Source: a virus | Taxonomy: Duplodnaviria > Caudoviricetes | DNA: 64,000 nt | IMG/VR virus record: IMGVR_UViG_3300042885_001472 | Direction: 5' to 3' (one strand) | Shown: piece by piece, positions 39,671 through 49,822 of the stretch | How positions within the stretch are numbered: position 1 is the first letter of the stretch | How the letters are laid out: the number at the start of each line of letters is the position of its first letter | The notes under the pieces: model-generated | What the model was told of the DNA's origin: nothing | The model's input: the letters and a program-made list of their open reading frames with translations, nothing else | Database searches by the model: none | Made by a program: the position numbers and the translations under genes

Positions 39671-40886
39671 TTATTAATTTTAAGTATAAATCTTTTCTTT
39701 TTTCAGTCACCACATTTATATGATATCTTTCATTAACTGTTTTAAATAATGACTCACCTAATTCTTTAATTTTTTCCGGTTCATTAATTAACCACTTAAT
39801 TGATTTATACCAATCCTTATGATTTTTAACACTATCAACAAGTATTCCATTACCCTCACCAAATCCATTTTCAGAATGATTAGCGTGTTGAATATCAATT
39901 TTATATGGTCCGTAATTTTGTGCGATAATAGCTTTTTTATGGAAACCAGATTCAACAACTTTTAATTGACTTTTAACTTTATTAAAAATGTTTTCTTCAA
40001 TTGGAGCTAATGATATATCAAATAAATTGTAATTGGTGGCGTAACTACTAATTGGTTTTGTCCAAACCCTTCTATAAGGTTCATTTGTAGTATCAAACTC
40101 CTCATCCTTAGTATATCTTAATAAGTATTCTAAATATTTAGGACTAACTGATTTATATTTATTAGTAAAAATTTCTTCATACCTACACCATACAGATTCT
40201 TCCGGTTTAATTGGTCGTTGTGTTTGTTCACCAGTTTTCTGATCAATCATAGTAACAGTACCTCTAGTATCAAACCCACATAAAACGAATTGTATTTTAT
40301 CCATTAACCCATCAGATTGTAATTTAGAAACTAAACCATTTAATAGACTTAAATCGTGGAAATGTGAAGAACCACCTAACCAACCAATTCTAATTCTTTC
40401 ACTTGGTTCTGGGTTAGATTGATATTGTTTTTCTCTAGGATCAATTGCGTTTTCAAGTACAAAAACATTTTTATTATGTTTTCTAATTTCATCCGCGAAT
40501 AATGATGTTGTTGTTATAACGTTTTTAGCTACTTTAATATTATTAAGTATCATCTTATCAATACCCTTTGATTTAATCAAACTATAAGATGGATGATGTG
40601 GACCAGGCTCCCAATAATCATCAAGATCCATAACAGTAACAATACCTAAGTTATCTAATTTTTCTAAAGTTTCTTTAGTTTTAGTATAATCTCCTATAGC
40701 TCTATGGTAATGAATTAAATCATATTGTTTTAAATATTCAACATCATCTAAATTTGGATTATAGTCAATATCCACATGAAATATATCTGAATACATTTCT
40801 TGTAAATGAATGTGTGGTTTTGTGGATCTATAATACCCTACTCCGGTACGATCTGATGGGACTACTAAAATCTTACTTTTCTTCAT
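39654..40886 (-). CDS. GT-B glycosyltransferase
   Basis: GVGYYR..PH, MDLDDYW, IGWLGGSSH, DISLAP..FNKVKSQLKVVE. Confidence 0.85.
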   Translation of the reverse strand: MKKSKILVVPSDRTGVGYYRSTKPHIHLQEMYSDIFHVDIDYNPNLDDVEYLKQYDLIHYHRAIGDYTKTKETLEKLDNLGIVTVMDLDDYWEPGPHHPSYSLIKSKGIDKMILNNIKVAKNVITTTSLFADEIRKHNKNVFVLENAIDPREKQYQSNPEPSERIRIGWLGGSSHFHDLSLLNGLVSKLQSDGLMDKIQFVLCGFDTRGTVTMIDQKTGEQTQRPIKPEESVWCRYEEIFTNKYKSVSPKYLEYLLRYTKDEEFDTTNEPYRRVWTKPISSYATNYNLFDISLAPIEENIFNKVKSQLKVVESGFHKKAIIAQNYGPYKIDIQHANHSENGFGEGNGILVDSVKNHKDWYKSIKWLINEPEKIKELGESLFKTVNERYHINVVTEKRKDLYLKLINEKNR

Positions 40887-40981
40887 ATTTAACTTTTTAA
40901 TTTTACTAAAATATAGTATTGGTTATAACACTAATAATAAAATTAAAAAGAAATAAATAAAGTCTTAAATAAAAAAAATAA

Positions 40982-41581
40982 TTACTTTTTATTTAATTTT
41001 GAAGGAAGGGGTTTTAAATTACCGGAGAATAATGTATCACCAACTTTAACTTGAATTTGCTCACTGATAACTCTTTTATCAAAATATTCCGTAATAACTT
41101 TAGGTAAGATTTTACTAATCTCTTCTTTAACGATTTGTCTTAAATCACCAGTATCTGAAGAAGTATTTTGTTTCTGTTGTGAAGTCTTTTTATATGATTC
41201 AGTTAATCTACTAACTGGCATCGGTTTTTCTTCATAATCATTATCACCAGAATTAACTTCTTTTATTAAAGCTTCGGAAGCCTCAAATGAATGGAAAGGT
41301 GAATCTGGGATATCAATTCTATTATTTACCATCGCATCCACAATTGATTTTGGCATTTTAGTATTACCAATATTTCTATAACCTTGATTATTACCCATAG
41401 GTTGTGTCCTACTAGGTTGATTACTTGGTGGTGTTTGAACCCAATCATCACCATCACCTTCAGACATTAACCTAGAAGGATCAATATTACCCCTACTAAA
41501 ACTATTATCTTCTACTTTATTCATAATGGCCTTTGAACTTTTTAATAAAGTGGCTAATCGACTTTCTGTTAAATTACTCAT
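40982..41581 (-). CDS. hypothetical head-associated protein (start revised)
   Basis: MSNLTESRL start directly after the WYL gene stop; LTE/INE sites. Confidence 0.65.
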   Translation of the reverse strand: MSNLTESRLATLLKSSKAIMNKVEDNSFSRGNIDPSRLMSEGDGDDWVQTPPSNQPSRTQPMGNNQGYRNIGNTKMPKSIVDAMVNNRIDIPDSPFHSFEASEALIKEVNSGDNDYEEKPMPVSRLTESYKKTSQQKQNTSSDTGDLRQIVKEEISKILPKVITEYFDKRVISEQIQVKVGDTLFSGNLKPLPSKLNKK

Positions 41582-41582
41582 A

Positions 41583-41972
41583 TTACTGTCTTTTTCTAAA
41601 TTCTTTTTCAAAATTTGTTATTTTATACACTGATTCCATAGTATCATCACCGTTAGGGTTAAATTTAGGTCTTGGTACATTAAATCTACCACTTAATTTA
41701 TTAAAATTTAACATCCTATCAACTCTAAATAATTTCCACCCAGGTTGTATTGTCTTAGTATCACCACCTATTTGGTAGACTCTAATAACATGGTTACCAG
41801 CTGTAGATTGACCGTAACAATATACTTCAACCCATCTAGTACCCTTTCCTCCCGGATCTTCATTATCATCGTAATTTAAAGAACATATGTTTCTACCATC
41901 CATGACATCAACAATCTGTTCTTTACTTACAATTTCTAATATAAGACTTTTTAACGATTCGTAAAGTTTCAT
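41583..41972 (-). CDS. WYL-domain-like protein
   Basis: LNYD...RWVEVYCYG....VIRVYQ....GWKLFRVDRM; leader MKLYESLKSLILE. Confidence 0.7.
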   Translation of the reverse strand: MKLYESLKSLILEIVSKEQIVDVMDGRNICSLNYDDNEDPGGKGTRWVEVYCYGQSTAGNHVIRVYQIGGDTKTIQPGWKLFRVDRMLNFNKLSGRFNVPRPKFNPNGDDTMESVYKITNFEKEFRKRQ

Positions 41973-41984
41973 TGTAAAAAATTT

Positions 41985-42344
41985 TTATCCAGGGTTAACG
42001 TACTGATTTATATTAGCACCAATAATTGGTTGTGTGTATTCATTACCAGAACCATTTTTATATTTATTACCCTTAAGATTATTAATCCTACCAGTACTAA
42101 TGTCCGAGTCATTTCCAAAGATATCTTGATACCCACCAGCACCTGTGATGTTATCTGGATTAGTATCTAAATAAATACCAGTACCTTTACCTTTTAAATC
42201 TCGTGGATCGTCCGATCCGTGATCATGAGCTTTTGAGTTTGGATGTGTAGATGAATAATTTTTAGCATTATCACTACTATTATACACATTCTTAGGGGCT
42301 AATTTATCCCTTTGTTCTTTTCCGATTTCTTCTAATCTTGACAT
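41985..42344 (-). CDS. hypothetical protein
   Basis: N/G/D-rich ORF in the minus-strand operon. Confidence 0.7.
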   Translation of the reverse strand: MSRLEEIGKEQRDKLAPKNVYNSSDNAKNYSSTHPNSKAHDHGSDDPRDLKGKGTGIYLDTNPDNITGAGGYQDIFGNDSDISTGRINNLKGNKYKNGSGNEYTQPIIGANINQYVNPG

Positions 42345-42349
42345 TTTAA

Positions 42350-42763
42350 TTAAATTTTACTTTCATATATTATTAGTTTTTTGATTCGTTCTATCTCTTC
42401 ATAAATAGCTTCATCATTAAATATTCTATCAGATGTGTTAGCTACTTTTGTTGGTTTAATACCAGAATTAGTTAAATCAAAATTATTTTTATCTTTACTA
42501 TGTGTTTTCTTAAATCCATTACCTAAACCATACTCACTCTTAATTTTAGATTTTAATTTAATACCACTTCGATCACTTTTTAAATTATTTTCAACAAAAT
42601 TTTTCATACTATCACCACCATACTTTTTACAAGTAGGATCTATTTTTTCATAATGATTTTTAATTTTCTTTAAATACTCATATGAAATATCCTCTGAACC
42701 CATAATTTCACTTAGGTCTTTAGGTAATTTATATTTTTTATTTCTTAGTTTTGAATTCGCCAT
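42350..42763 (-). CDS. hypothetical protein
   Basis: C-terminal IYEEIERIKKLI. Confidence 0.7.
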   Translation of the reverse strand: MANSKLRNKKYKLPKDLSEIMGSEDISYEYLKKIKNHYEKIDPTCKKYGGDSMKNFVENNLKSDRSGIKLKSKIKSEYGLGNGFKKTHSKDKNNFDLTNSGIKPTKVANTSDRIFNDEAIYEEIERIKKLIIYESKI

Positions 42764-43376
42764 TACTAATTTTATTTATCAATTCTTCTTTATAGTCATC
42801 TGGTATTTCTACATTTGGGATCATATTCAATAAATGATTTAATATAATCGCTAATTCCTCACCGGTAACAGATTCTTTTTTCATTAAATCACCCAAAAAT
42901 AAAGTTTTTCTCGCTAAGATAGGTTTTTGATGTTTATCTTTTAATTCAGTAAATAATGGTATGTTTTCATTTCTTGATGAAACTTCATAATTATCATAAT
43001 TACTAACAAAATCATTATCATCATAAGAACTTCTTCTCATAATATCTTCAATCATATTTTTTACCTTATTCTCAGCGATAGTATCAAGATCACCCTTTGT
43101 TTTATCTTCAACACTTTCTTTATAAAATTGACGCCCATATCTAGAGTTATAATAAAATCTTGGACCTTGGGATGTTTTTCTTGAAAATTCTCTACTTGTT
43201 TGGGGATTATTCCAACCGGTAGTTATTTTATCTGTACCACTATTTTCATCACCATCTACTAACCCACCATCCTCATCAACTAATTCGTCAATAATTTTTA
43301 CCTTTTTTTTAGTATCATTCACAACCTTTTTGGTGTGAAATTCTTTTTTTAAATCTTTTTTAGTTAAAATTTTCAT
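42738..43376 (-). CDS. hypothetical protein
   Basis: ATATTTAT upstream (43397-43404, minus strand). Confidence 0.7.
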   Translation of the reverse strand: MKILTKKDLKKEFHTKKVVNDTKKKVKIIDELVDEDGGLVDGDENSGTDKITTGWNNPQTSREFSRKTSQGPRFYYNSRYGRQFYKESVEDKTKGDLDTIAENKVKNMIEDIMRRSSYDDNDFVSNYDNYEVSSRNENIPLFTELKDKHQKPILARKTLFLGDLMKKESVTGEELAIILNHLLNMIPNVEIPDDYKEELINKISNGEFKTKK

Positions 43377-43414
43377 AGGTTCAATACTTATTTATGATAA
43401 ATATGTTGATAAAG

Positions 43415-43422
43415 ATATTTAT
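43415..43422 (+). promoter_or_regulatory. putative late promoter ATATTTAT (divergent pair with the minus-strand copy at 43397)
   Basis: Two oppositely oriented copies in the divergent gap, each pointing to its gene. Confidence 0.6.
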
Positions 43423-43441
43423 TACATAAAGATATATTGAT

Positions 43442-45100
43442 ATGAGTAATTTTAGAACACAAGTTAATTTTTCGTCACAGATAAAAGAATATCCAAATAC
43501 TGATGGTACACTTTCAGGTTCTGTTAATGTCCAACAATATACTATTTTAGGGACAGACTATTTAGACCTACCTTTAGGGTTAGATAATACTAGTACCGGT
43601 ATTACTGCGACTTACGGACCAATAATTAATGGGACTTTCACAGGTACTACCGGTAGTACCACTTTTTATTTTAATGATAGTAATATGGATATTGCCGGAC
43701 CTTATTTATCCGCGATAACGGCTTCTAATAGTGGACTAACTCAACATGTTGACGCTTTTAGTATAACTAATACTATAATCGTTGATGGTAATAGTTTTGA
43801 CATCTATTATAGTGGTGTGTCTTTTGATATGACACCAACAAACCTAGATGAATATTCTCCAGGTGAGTTTTCAGGGGGAACTTTCACTAATGTATTAAAC
43901 TACCTTTCCGGAACAACATACCCTTGGTGGTTTTTAAAGTCTGGTTCAACAACTTGGAATGAAGTTAAGGGTAGAACCCAAACAGATCGTTTAACCATTA
44001 TTGATGGGGCGAATACCGATTACGTCTTAATATCATCTAACTCAAATGGTGACGCTATTTGGCGACCATTGGACTTTGTAATTTCTGGGGGTTGTTTATC
44101 GGATGTTTGTATTAAAGGAATTTTATCTTTGATAAGAGATTTATATATAAAAGGTTTAACATTTGGTACTGGTGGTAGTGATGTCGGCTCAACTGGTACA
44201 ACATATGTGACAAATACAGCTGGAGGTAAGGATGTTTTATTTTATAACTCCACTGGTATTAGAAATACTGGTTTTGGTAGTGAAGTGTTAAGTGCTAATA
44301 CTATAGGTTATTCCAATACTGGTCTTGGTACTTACGCACTTAAAAGTAATAGTACTGGTATTGATAATACTGCCATTGGTACTTATTCATTAGAATCAAA
44401 CACTATAAATGGTGGTAATACGGCCATTGGTTCTGGTTCTTTACAAAGTAATACTATTGGTTATGGTAATACTGGAATAGGTTATAATTCTATACCTAGT
44501 AATATTGATGGTTATGTTAATACTGGGTTAGGGATATATGCGTTACATGATAATGTTAGTGGTTATGAAAATGTTTCTGCTGGTCACTACTCTTTATTCC
44601 AAAATACTACTGGTTATCAAAATACTGGTATAGGGAATCAATCTATAACTTCTAATACCACTGGTAACATAAATACTGGTATTGGTTATGGTGCTTTAGG
44701 TGGTAATACAATAGGTTTAGGTAACACATCAATAGGTTGGGGTTCTGGACTTAGTAACACTACAGGTAATTATAACACTTTTTTAGGTTTAGGTAGTGAT
44801 TGTATCACCACCAACTTAACAAACGCTACCGCTGTAGGTTATAACGCCATTGTTGATCAAAACGATTCAATGGTATTAGGTAATGGTGTTATAAATGTTG
44901 GTATAGGTATAAGTACACCAACCTCAACATTACATTTAATAGGTCTTAGTGGTTTTAGTCAATTAAGATTGGAAATTCAATATACACCAACTGGTACTAC
45001 AGATAGTAATGGTAGTCAAGGTGATACAGCTTGGGATGATAGTTACATATACATCAAAACATCAGTTGGCTGGAAAAGATCTGGTTTATCAACATTCTAA
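43442..45100 (+). CDS. fibre/adhesin-like virion protein with NTxxG (YadA-head-like) repeats
   Basis: About 14-aa repeats NTGxG.xL..NT.G; NVGIG..P...LH; C-terminal GSQGDTAWDDSYIY. Confidence 0.8.
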   Translation: MSNFRTQVNFSSQIKEYPNTDGTLSGSVNVQQYTILGTDYLDLPLGLDNTSTGITATYGPIINGTFTGTTGSTTFYFNDSNMDIAGPYLSAITASNSGLTQHVDAFSITNTIIVDGNSFDIYYSGVSFDMTPTNLDEYSPGEFSGGTFTNVLNYLSGTTYPWWFLKSGSTTWNEVKGRTQTDRLTIIDGANTDYVLISSNSNGDAIWRPLDFVISGGCLSDVCIKGILSLIRDLYIKGLTFGTGGSDVGSTGTTYVTNTAGGKDVLFYNSTGIRNTGFGSEVLSANTIGYSNTGLGTYALKSNSTGIDNTAIGTYSLESNTINGGNTAIGSGSLQSNTIGYGNTGIGYNSIPSNIDGYVNTGLGIYALHDNVSGYENVSAGHYSLFQNTTGYQNTGIGNQSITSNTTGNINTGIGYGALGGNTIGLGNTSIGWGSGLSNTTGNYNTFLGLGSDCITTNLTNATAVGYNAIVDQNDSMVLGNGVINVGIGISTPTSTLHLIGLSGFSQLRLEIQYTPTGTTDSNGSQGDTAWDDSYIYIKTSVGWKRSGLSTF

Positions 45101-45123
45101 TAATTAAAAATTAAATTACAAAT

Positions 45124-45369
45124 ATGAAACTAAATCCACTTGAAATAATATTAACAGAAGATGATATACAAAAATTAATATCATCAACATTTGATAGTGT
45201 TAATTTAATCAATAATTTAAATAACATCCCCAATAAAACAGAAAATGATGTTAATAGGATTGTTGATAATAAAAAACATTTAGAAATTATATCAAAAAAA
45301 GATTGGTTTATCGCCAATTTAACACCAAGTCAAAAATCTATAGTTGAATCAATTATTTATTCTATTTAA
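45124..45369 (+). CDS. small protein following the fibre (possible fibre chaperone)
   Basis: Position after a fibre gene; NKKHLEII.KKDW. Confidence 0.5.
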   Translation: MKLNPLEIILTEDDIQKLISSTFDSVNLINNLNNIPNKTENDVNRIVDNKKHLEIISKKDWFIANLTPSQKSIVESIIYSI

Positions 45370-45393
45370 CCATTAAGTTAATATTTATATGGT

Positions 45394-46992
45394 ATGAGTA
45401 TAGTTAACAATTATGCGTTTAAAAATTTAAGGTTAAGATTAACTAATGTTAATTATTGGGATTTAGTATTAAGTTCTGACATGAGAGGGTATGATCATAC
45501 TACACTATACTGTAATAATATAATTTCAGGTGATACACTTTTAGTTTATTTTGATTTTAATGATAGTGATTGTGTTAGTGGTCGCACAATTTATAGTTTA
45601 ACCACATGGAAAGACGCCATTTTACCTAAATCTGGCTTGACATTATGTGATATTGGTTTAACTGGTGTTGATAATGGGTTTGTACCAAATTTAACCGGTG
45701 AAACTTTATACATCACTAGTGGAGATCCTAGATTCTATATGACCCAAGTAACGGGTAGCACATATGAATATCCAATTATATTTACTGGAGATTGTTCTGG
45801 TAATTACAGTCAGTTTAATGGTGGGTTTTATCAAGGGTTTTATAAACTTGAAAATTATCCTATTAAAAAAATAAGTGATAATAAATTTTTAGATTGTATT
45901 CCTCACGATAATGATTGTTTAGATAATGTTTGTACTAATGGTTGTAGTTGTCCACCACCAGAATTACCAAATCCAGTAATTGATTATCAAGTTTTACCTA
46001 ATAAATTTAGTGTTGGTTGGACATCAGAATTTTGGTTAAAAAAAGATTCTAACCCTATAATACCTAACAATATATTAAATAGTATTTACCCTAATAATAA
46101 CGGATTTTTTCATACTATGGGGTTAAGAGCTGAAAATAAATTTTGGGATTTTTTCTCCGGAGAAACTGGTCATACAACTTGTTTAGATAGTGGACATACA
46201 TTAAACCCACCTATTTTACATACAGACGCTATGAGTGGGATGAATCCATTTTTATATTACACTTTAAAAAATTGTGATAATCAAACTTGTGATACTTGTC
46301 AATGTTCTGTTTGTGAATGTACAGATACCGGTTCATATCCATATTATGGTGAAAAGGACTATATCACTGATGTTGTAGACAATATAATAGGGTTTAGAAT
46401 TAGAGATGATGGTAGTATAGGATATCGTAAATTATCTTTTAGTGGTCAATGTTCCGGTTCAACTATTGAATGTTGTAGAACAAGTGGTGGTACTTATGTT
46501 ACCGGTTATACTGTTGAAGAATCATATTCAATGTCAGGTATGGTCTCATCAGATAAATGGGTTCATGTTGTAGTTAGATATGACGCGGATTATATGATAC
46601 CGGAAGATAAATTAGATTGCCCTTGTAGTCCATTAAATCCACAATATTGTTCAAGACCTGGTCAACTATCATTTTATATTGATGGTTATTTGAAATATAG
46701 AGTTAGAGTTGTTAAAGAAATGATACCTAAAGGTTTGGATGATTGGCCAGAAAAACAATTAGGTGTTCCATACACTATGAGTTTAGGTGGTGGTACACAA
46801 GGTTTAATTGAAACAAGAACATTTGGTGGTCCTGACCCAAAAGATTATGATTTACCAATACAAGAAAATTTCGCTGGGAGTTTTATGGGGGGGATTTCTA
46901 AGTTTAGATTTTACTCTGAGCCTTTAGATGTCACCCAATTAAGATGTAATTATAAAACGGAAAAAAATAAATATAACACTAAAATTTGTTAA
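45394..46992 (+). CDS. Cys-rich virion protein with C-terminal LamG/ConA-like segment
   Basis: 24 Cys; KWVHVVVRY, LSFYIDG, GGISKFRFYSEPL. Confidence 0.7.
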   Translation: MSIVNNYAFKNLRLRLTNVNYWDLVLSSDMRGYDHTTLYCNNIISGDTLLVYFDFNDSDCVSGRTIYSLTTWKDAILPKSGLTLCDIGLTGVDNGFVPNLTGETLYITSGDPRFYMTQVTGSTYEYPIIFTGDCSGNYSQFNGGFYQGFYKLENYPIKKISDNKFLDCIPHDNDCLDNVCTNGCSCPPPELPNPVIDYQVLPNKFSVGWTSEFWLKKDSNPIIPNNILNSIYPNNNGFFHTMGLRAENKFWDFFSGETGHTTCLDSGHTLNPPILHTDAMSGMNPFLYYTLKNCDNQTCDTCQCSVCECTDTGSYPYYGEKDYITDVVDNIIGFRIRDDGSIGYRKLSFSGQCSGSTIECCRTSGGTYVTGYTVEESYSMSGMVSSDKWVHVVVRYDADYMIPEDKLDCPCSPLNPQYCSRPGQLSFYIDGYLKYRVRVVKEMIPKGLDDWPEKQLGVPYTMSLGGGTQGLIETRTFGGPDPKDYDLPIQENFAGSFMGGISKFRFYSEPLDVTQLRCNYKTEKNKYNTKIC

Positions 46993-47005
46993 ATAAAGAA
47001 AAAAA

Positions 47006-47524
47006 ATGGTAACAAAATACATAATAAATAATTTACCTAGTCAAACGATTACTGGTGATTTAAATATTTCTGAAAAAACAGTGGTAACAAGTTTCCAAAT
47101 GACCTCTGGAGCTACAGATGGTTATGTATTAACTTCTGATGTTGATGGTAATGGAACTTGGCAAGTATTAGCCGGAGGTGGTAATACTATAGATGAGTTT
47201 TATATAGAACCATCAACAACAAGTTTTACTTGGGATATTAGTGGTAATAGTACTAATTATAAAATTATTTTAACTGGTAATACAACAATAGATTTAAATA
47301 ATGTTAGAAATGGTGATTATGGTACATTAATCATTCAACAAGATGTTGTTGGTGGTTATGGAATAACACTTGGTAATTTAAATGGTAGTTCTACAAACCA
47401 TTTAGTTGTAGGTAATGGTTCTGGTACTTTAGGTTTGACTGGAACTCCTAATTCAATTGATATACTATCGTTTGTTTATGATGGTACTAATGTTTATTGG
47501 AATAATGGTTTAAATTATACATAA
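47006..47524 (+). CDS. short fibre-like virion protein
   Basis: GYVLTSD.DGNGTWQ linker; LTGNTTI..GTLIIQQD..IDILSFVYDG tip domain. Confidence 0.65.
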   Translation: MVTKYIINNLPSQTITGDLNISEKTVVTSFQMTSGATDGYVLTSDVDGNGTWQVLAGGGNTIDEFYIEPSTTSFTWDISGNSTNYKIILTGNTTIDLNNVRNGDYGTLIIQQDVVGGYGITLGNLNGSSTNHLVVGNGSGTLGLTGTPNSIDILSFVYDGTNVYWNNGLNYT

Positions 47525-47525
47525 T

Positions 47526-48392
47526 ATGAGTAATAGATATTTTTTTAATTCATTATTATCGTTAGATAGTGTTGGTATTAATCCATTGGATTTAAATCCA
47601 TATACATATTTTCAAACTTATAACCCATTATTTTTAACACCAACAACCCCTAACATTGGTGATTCAATAACAGAAATTTATAAGTACAATGATAGTTTAT
47701 ATATCGCTTCAGGGGATACTGGGTGTGTAGGTACTTGGGAAAATTTGGATGGTAAGAATATGATTTATATACCAGGAATTGATGGTGGTTGTTGGCCACC
47801 TCCTTGTTCTGGTACTTGTTCAACCTACTATACAACCAACCAAAATATTAGTTTTATGTCAATGAGTGGTTATGAGTATACAGTATATTTTGTTGGCAAA
47901 CCTTTATCTGGTAATTCTTTTTCAGATGGTCATATATTTAGTGACATTGAAACATCCGTATTATTTGGTGGTAGATACGTATCTATGTATGTTAAAGATA
48001 ATAAAGATATTTATTTTAGGTCTAAACGTTTAGGTATTAATTCTGATGTCATTGACATACCATTTGAAATAAATATTTCTGAAAATGATTTGGAAACTAA
48101 AAATACTAGAGTTTTTTCACTTAGAACTAAAGATCCATTAAATACCACATCGATAGCAGCAACTTCTTATATTAATGGGGTAGAAACAACCGCTATCACA
48201 CAAACAAATGTGAGTAATGTGACAACAGAAAGTTCTATACCATTTTTAATTGGCGCTGGAGCAACAGATGGACCTTCTTATGAAATGTATCAAGGATATT
48301 TTGGAGAATTAATAATTTTTAACACTTATCACGATTTAACAACCCATAATAGTATCATAGATTTCTTAAAAAATAGATGGGGAATTAATTAA
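47526..48392 (+). CDS. LamG/ConA-like lectin-fold virion protein
   Basis: YTVYFV, SYINGV, FLIGA, YFGELIIFN..H. Confidence 0.65.
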   Translation: MSNRYFFNSLLSLDSVGINPLDLNPYTYFQTYNPLFLTPTTPNIGDSITEIYKYNDSLYIASGDTGCVGTWENLDGKNMIYIPGIDGGCWPPPCSGTCSTYYTTNQNISFMSMSGYEYTVYFVGKPLSGNSFSDGHIFSDIETSVLFGGRYVSMYVKDNKDIYFRSKRLGINSDVIDIPFEINISENDLETKNTRVFSLRTKDPLNTTSIAATSYINGVETTAITQTNVSNVTTESSIPFLIGAGATDGPSYEMYQGYFGELIIFNTYHDLTTHNSIIDFLKNRWGIN

Positions 48393-48486
48393 AACTCTTT
48401 AGATTAAATAGGTGGAAAAATAAATTTCACTAATACTATTCTTTAAATATTTATTAATAAATAAATTATAGAATAATAATAAAAAT

Positions 48487-49821
48487 ATGTCATTACCATC
48501 GTGTTTAACGTTAAGAACAGTAAAAGGTTCTGTATTATCTTGGGTTGAGTTAGATAATAACTTCATATGTCTAAATAATTCAATAAATAATGTTGCTAGT
48601 TTAATCCATAATGGTAATATGTGGCACATCCCCTCTGGGAATACTGTCACAATAGAGACCGATTATCAATATTTTATATATGGTGATATGATTATTGAAG
48701 GGACATTACAATTAAGTGGTGGAAGTCAATTAGTTGTATTAAATGGGGATCTAATATTTAGTGGTGGTTCTGTAGTTGGTGATGGTGACATATATAACAT
48801 ATCTTTACCGGAATTTGATACAAAAATCAGTGGTTTAACTTATAGTGGTGACACTTTAACTATATATCAGAATGATGGATCAACATATAGTACAACAATA
48901 GTTAGTTCAACAGATATTACGGTGACTGGTGGTACATACAACCCCACAACCGGTACAGCGACATTTTATGATAATAATGGGGGTAATTTTGATGTTAACG
49001 GATTTTTAACAGGTTATACAGATGTGAAAGTATCTGGGTTAACATATAGTGGTAATACTTTAACTTTAACCCAAACTGATGGTAGTAATTTTAATGTCAC
49101 TATAAATTCTAGTACACCATTTACTGGTAATACATCTGGTGATTGTATTACAGATTTATATGTGACAAATTTAAATTCTTGTTCTCCATTACATATCCAA
49201 CCGGTTAACACTGGGGATGTTTATATATCTGAAAATGGTGGTAATGTCGGTATAGGTAATACATCACCCACAAAAAAATTACACGTAAGTGGTGACGCTT
49301 TATTTTCAAGTTCAACTAACAATGTTGTAACAATCATTGGTTCTGGTTCTTCAATGTCATCACCCCTATTTAACGTTCAAGGATCTTCCGGTCAATTATT
49401 CAGTGTATCTGATAGTTTGATTGGTTCATTATTCTCAGTAAATGACATATCTGGTTTACCAGTAATTGAAGCGTTTTCAGATAATACAATATTAATGGGT
49501 GATTTTAATTCACCCTCTTTAAACACCACTAAAAAAGTTGTGGTGAACTCTGGTGTTACATCAATTTATTCAATCCCTTCAAGTGGTTATACAGGAGCTT
49601 TTTATGATTATACAGTATTAAGTGACCTTGGAGCTAGAAGTGGTAATATAATGTCAATATGGAGTGGTACAAGTATTCAATATAGTGAGACCTCAACAAC
49701 AAGTATTGGTGATACTAGTGGAATAATATTTTCAGTTTCATTATCCGGTAATTCTACGATGTTATCAACATCGGCTAATACCAATTCTTGGACTGTTAAA
49801 ACAATTGTAAGATCAATATAA
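48487..49821 (+). CDS. fibre-like virion protein
   Basis: Duplicated SGLTYSG.TLT..Q.DGS unit; GNVGIG..P.KKLHV. Confidence 0.7.
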   Translation: MSLPSCLTLRTVKGSVLSWVELDNNFICLNNSINNVASLIHNGNMWHIPSGNTVTIETDYQYFIYGDMIIEGTLQLSGGSQLVVLNGDLIFSGGSVVGDGDIYNISLPEFDTKISGLTYSGDTLTIYQNDGSTYSTTIVSSTDITVTGGTYNPTTGTATFYDNNGGNFDVNGFLTGYTDVKVSGLTYSGNTLTLTQTDGSNFNVTINSSTPFTGNTSGDCITDLYVTNLNSCSPLHIQPVNTGDVYISENGGNVGIGNTSPTKKLHVSGDALFSSSTNNVVTIIGSGSSMSSPLFNVQGSSGQLFSVSDSLIGSLFSVNDISGLPVIEAFSDNTILMGDFNSPSLNTTKKVVVNSGVTSIYSIPSSGYTGAFYDYTVLSDLGARSGNIMSIWSGTSIQYSETSTTSIGDTSGIIFSVSLSGNSTMLSTSANTNSWTVKTIVRSI

Positions 49822-49822
49822 G

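Noticed and set aside
28983-40886. Captured host O-antigen/capsule operon
   Set aside because: No flippase, polymerase or sugar-nucleotide synthesis genes; the block is interleaved with phage-type phoH and dut and mostly shares the phage's TGCA-depleted composition.
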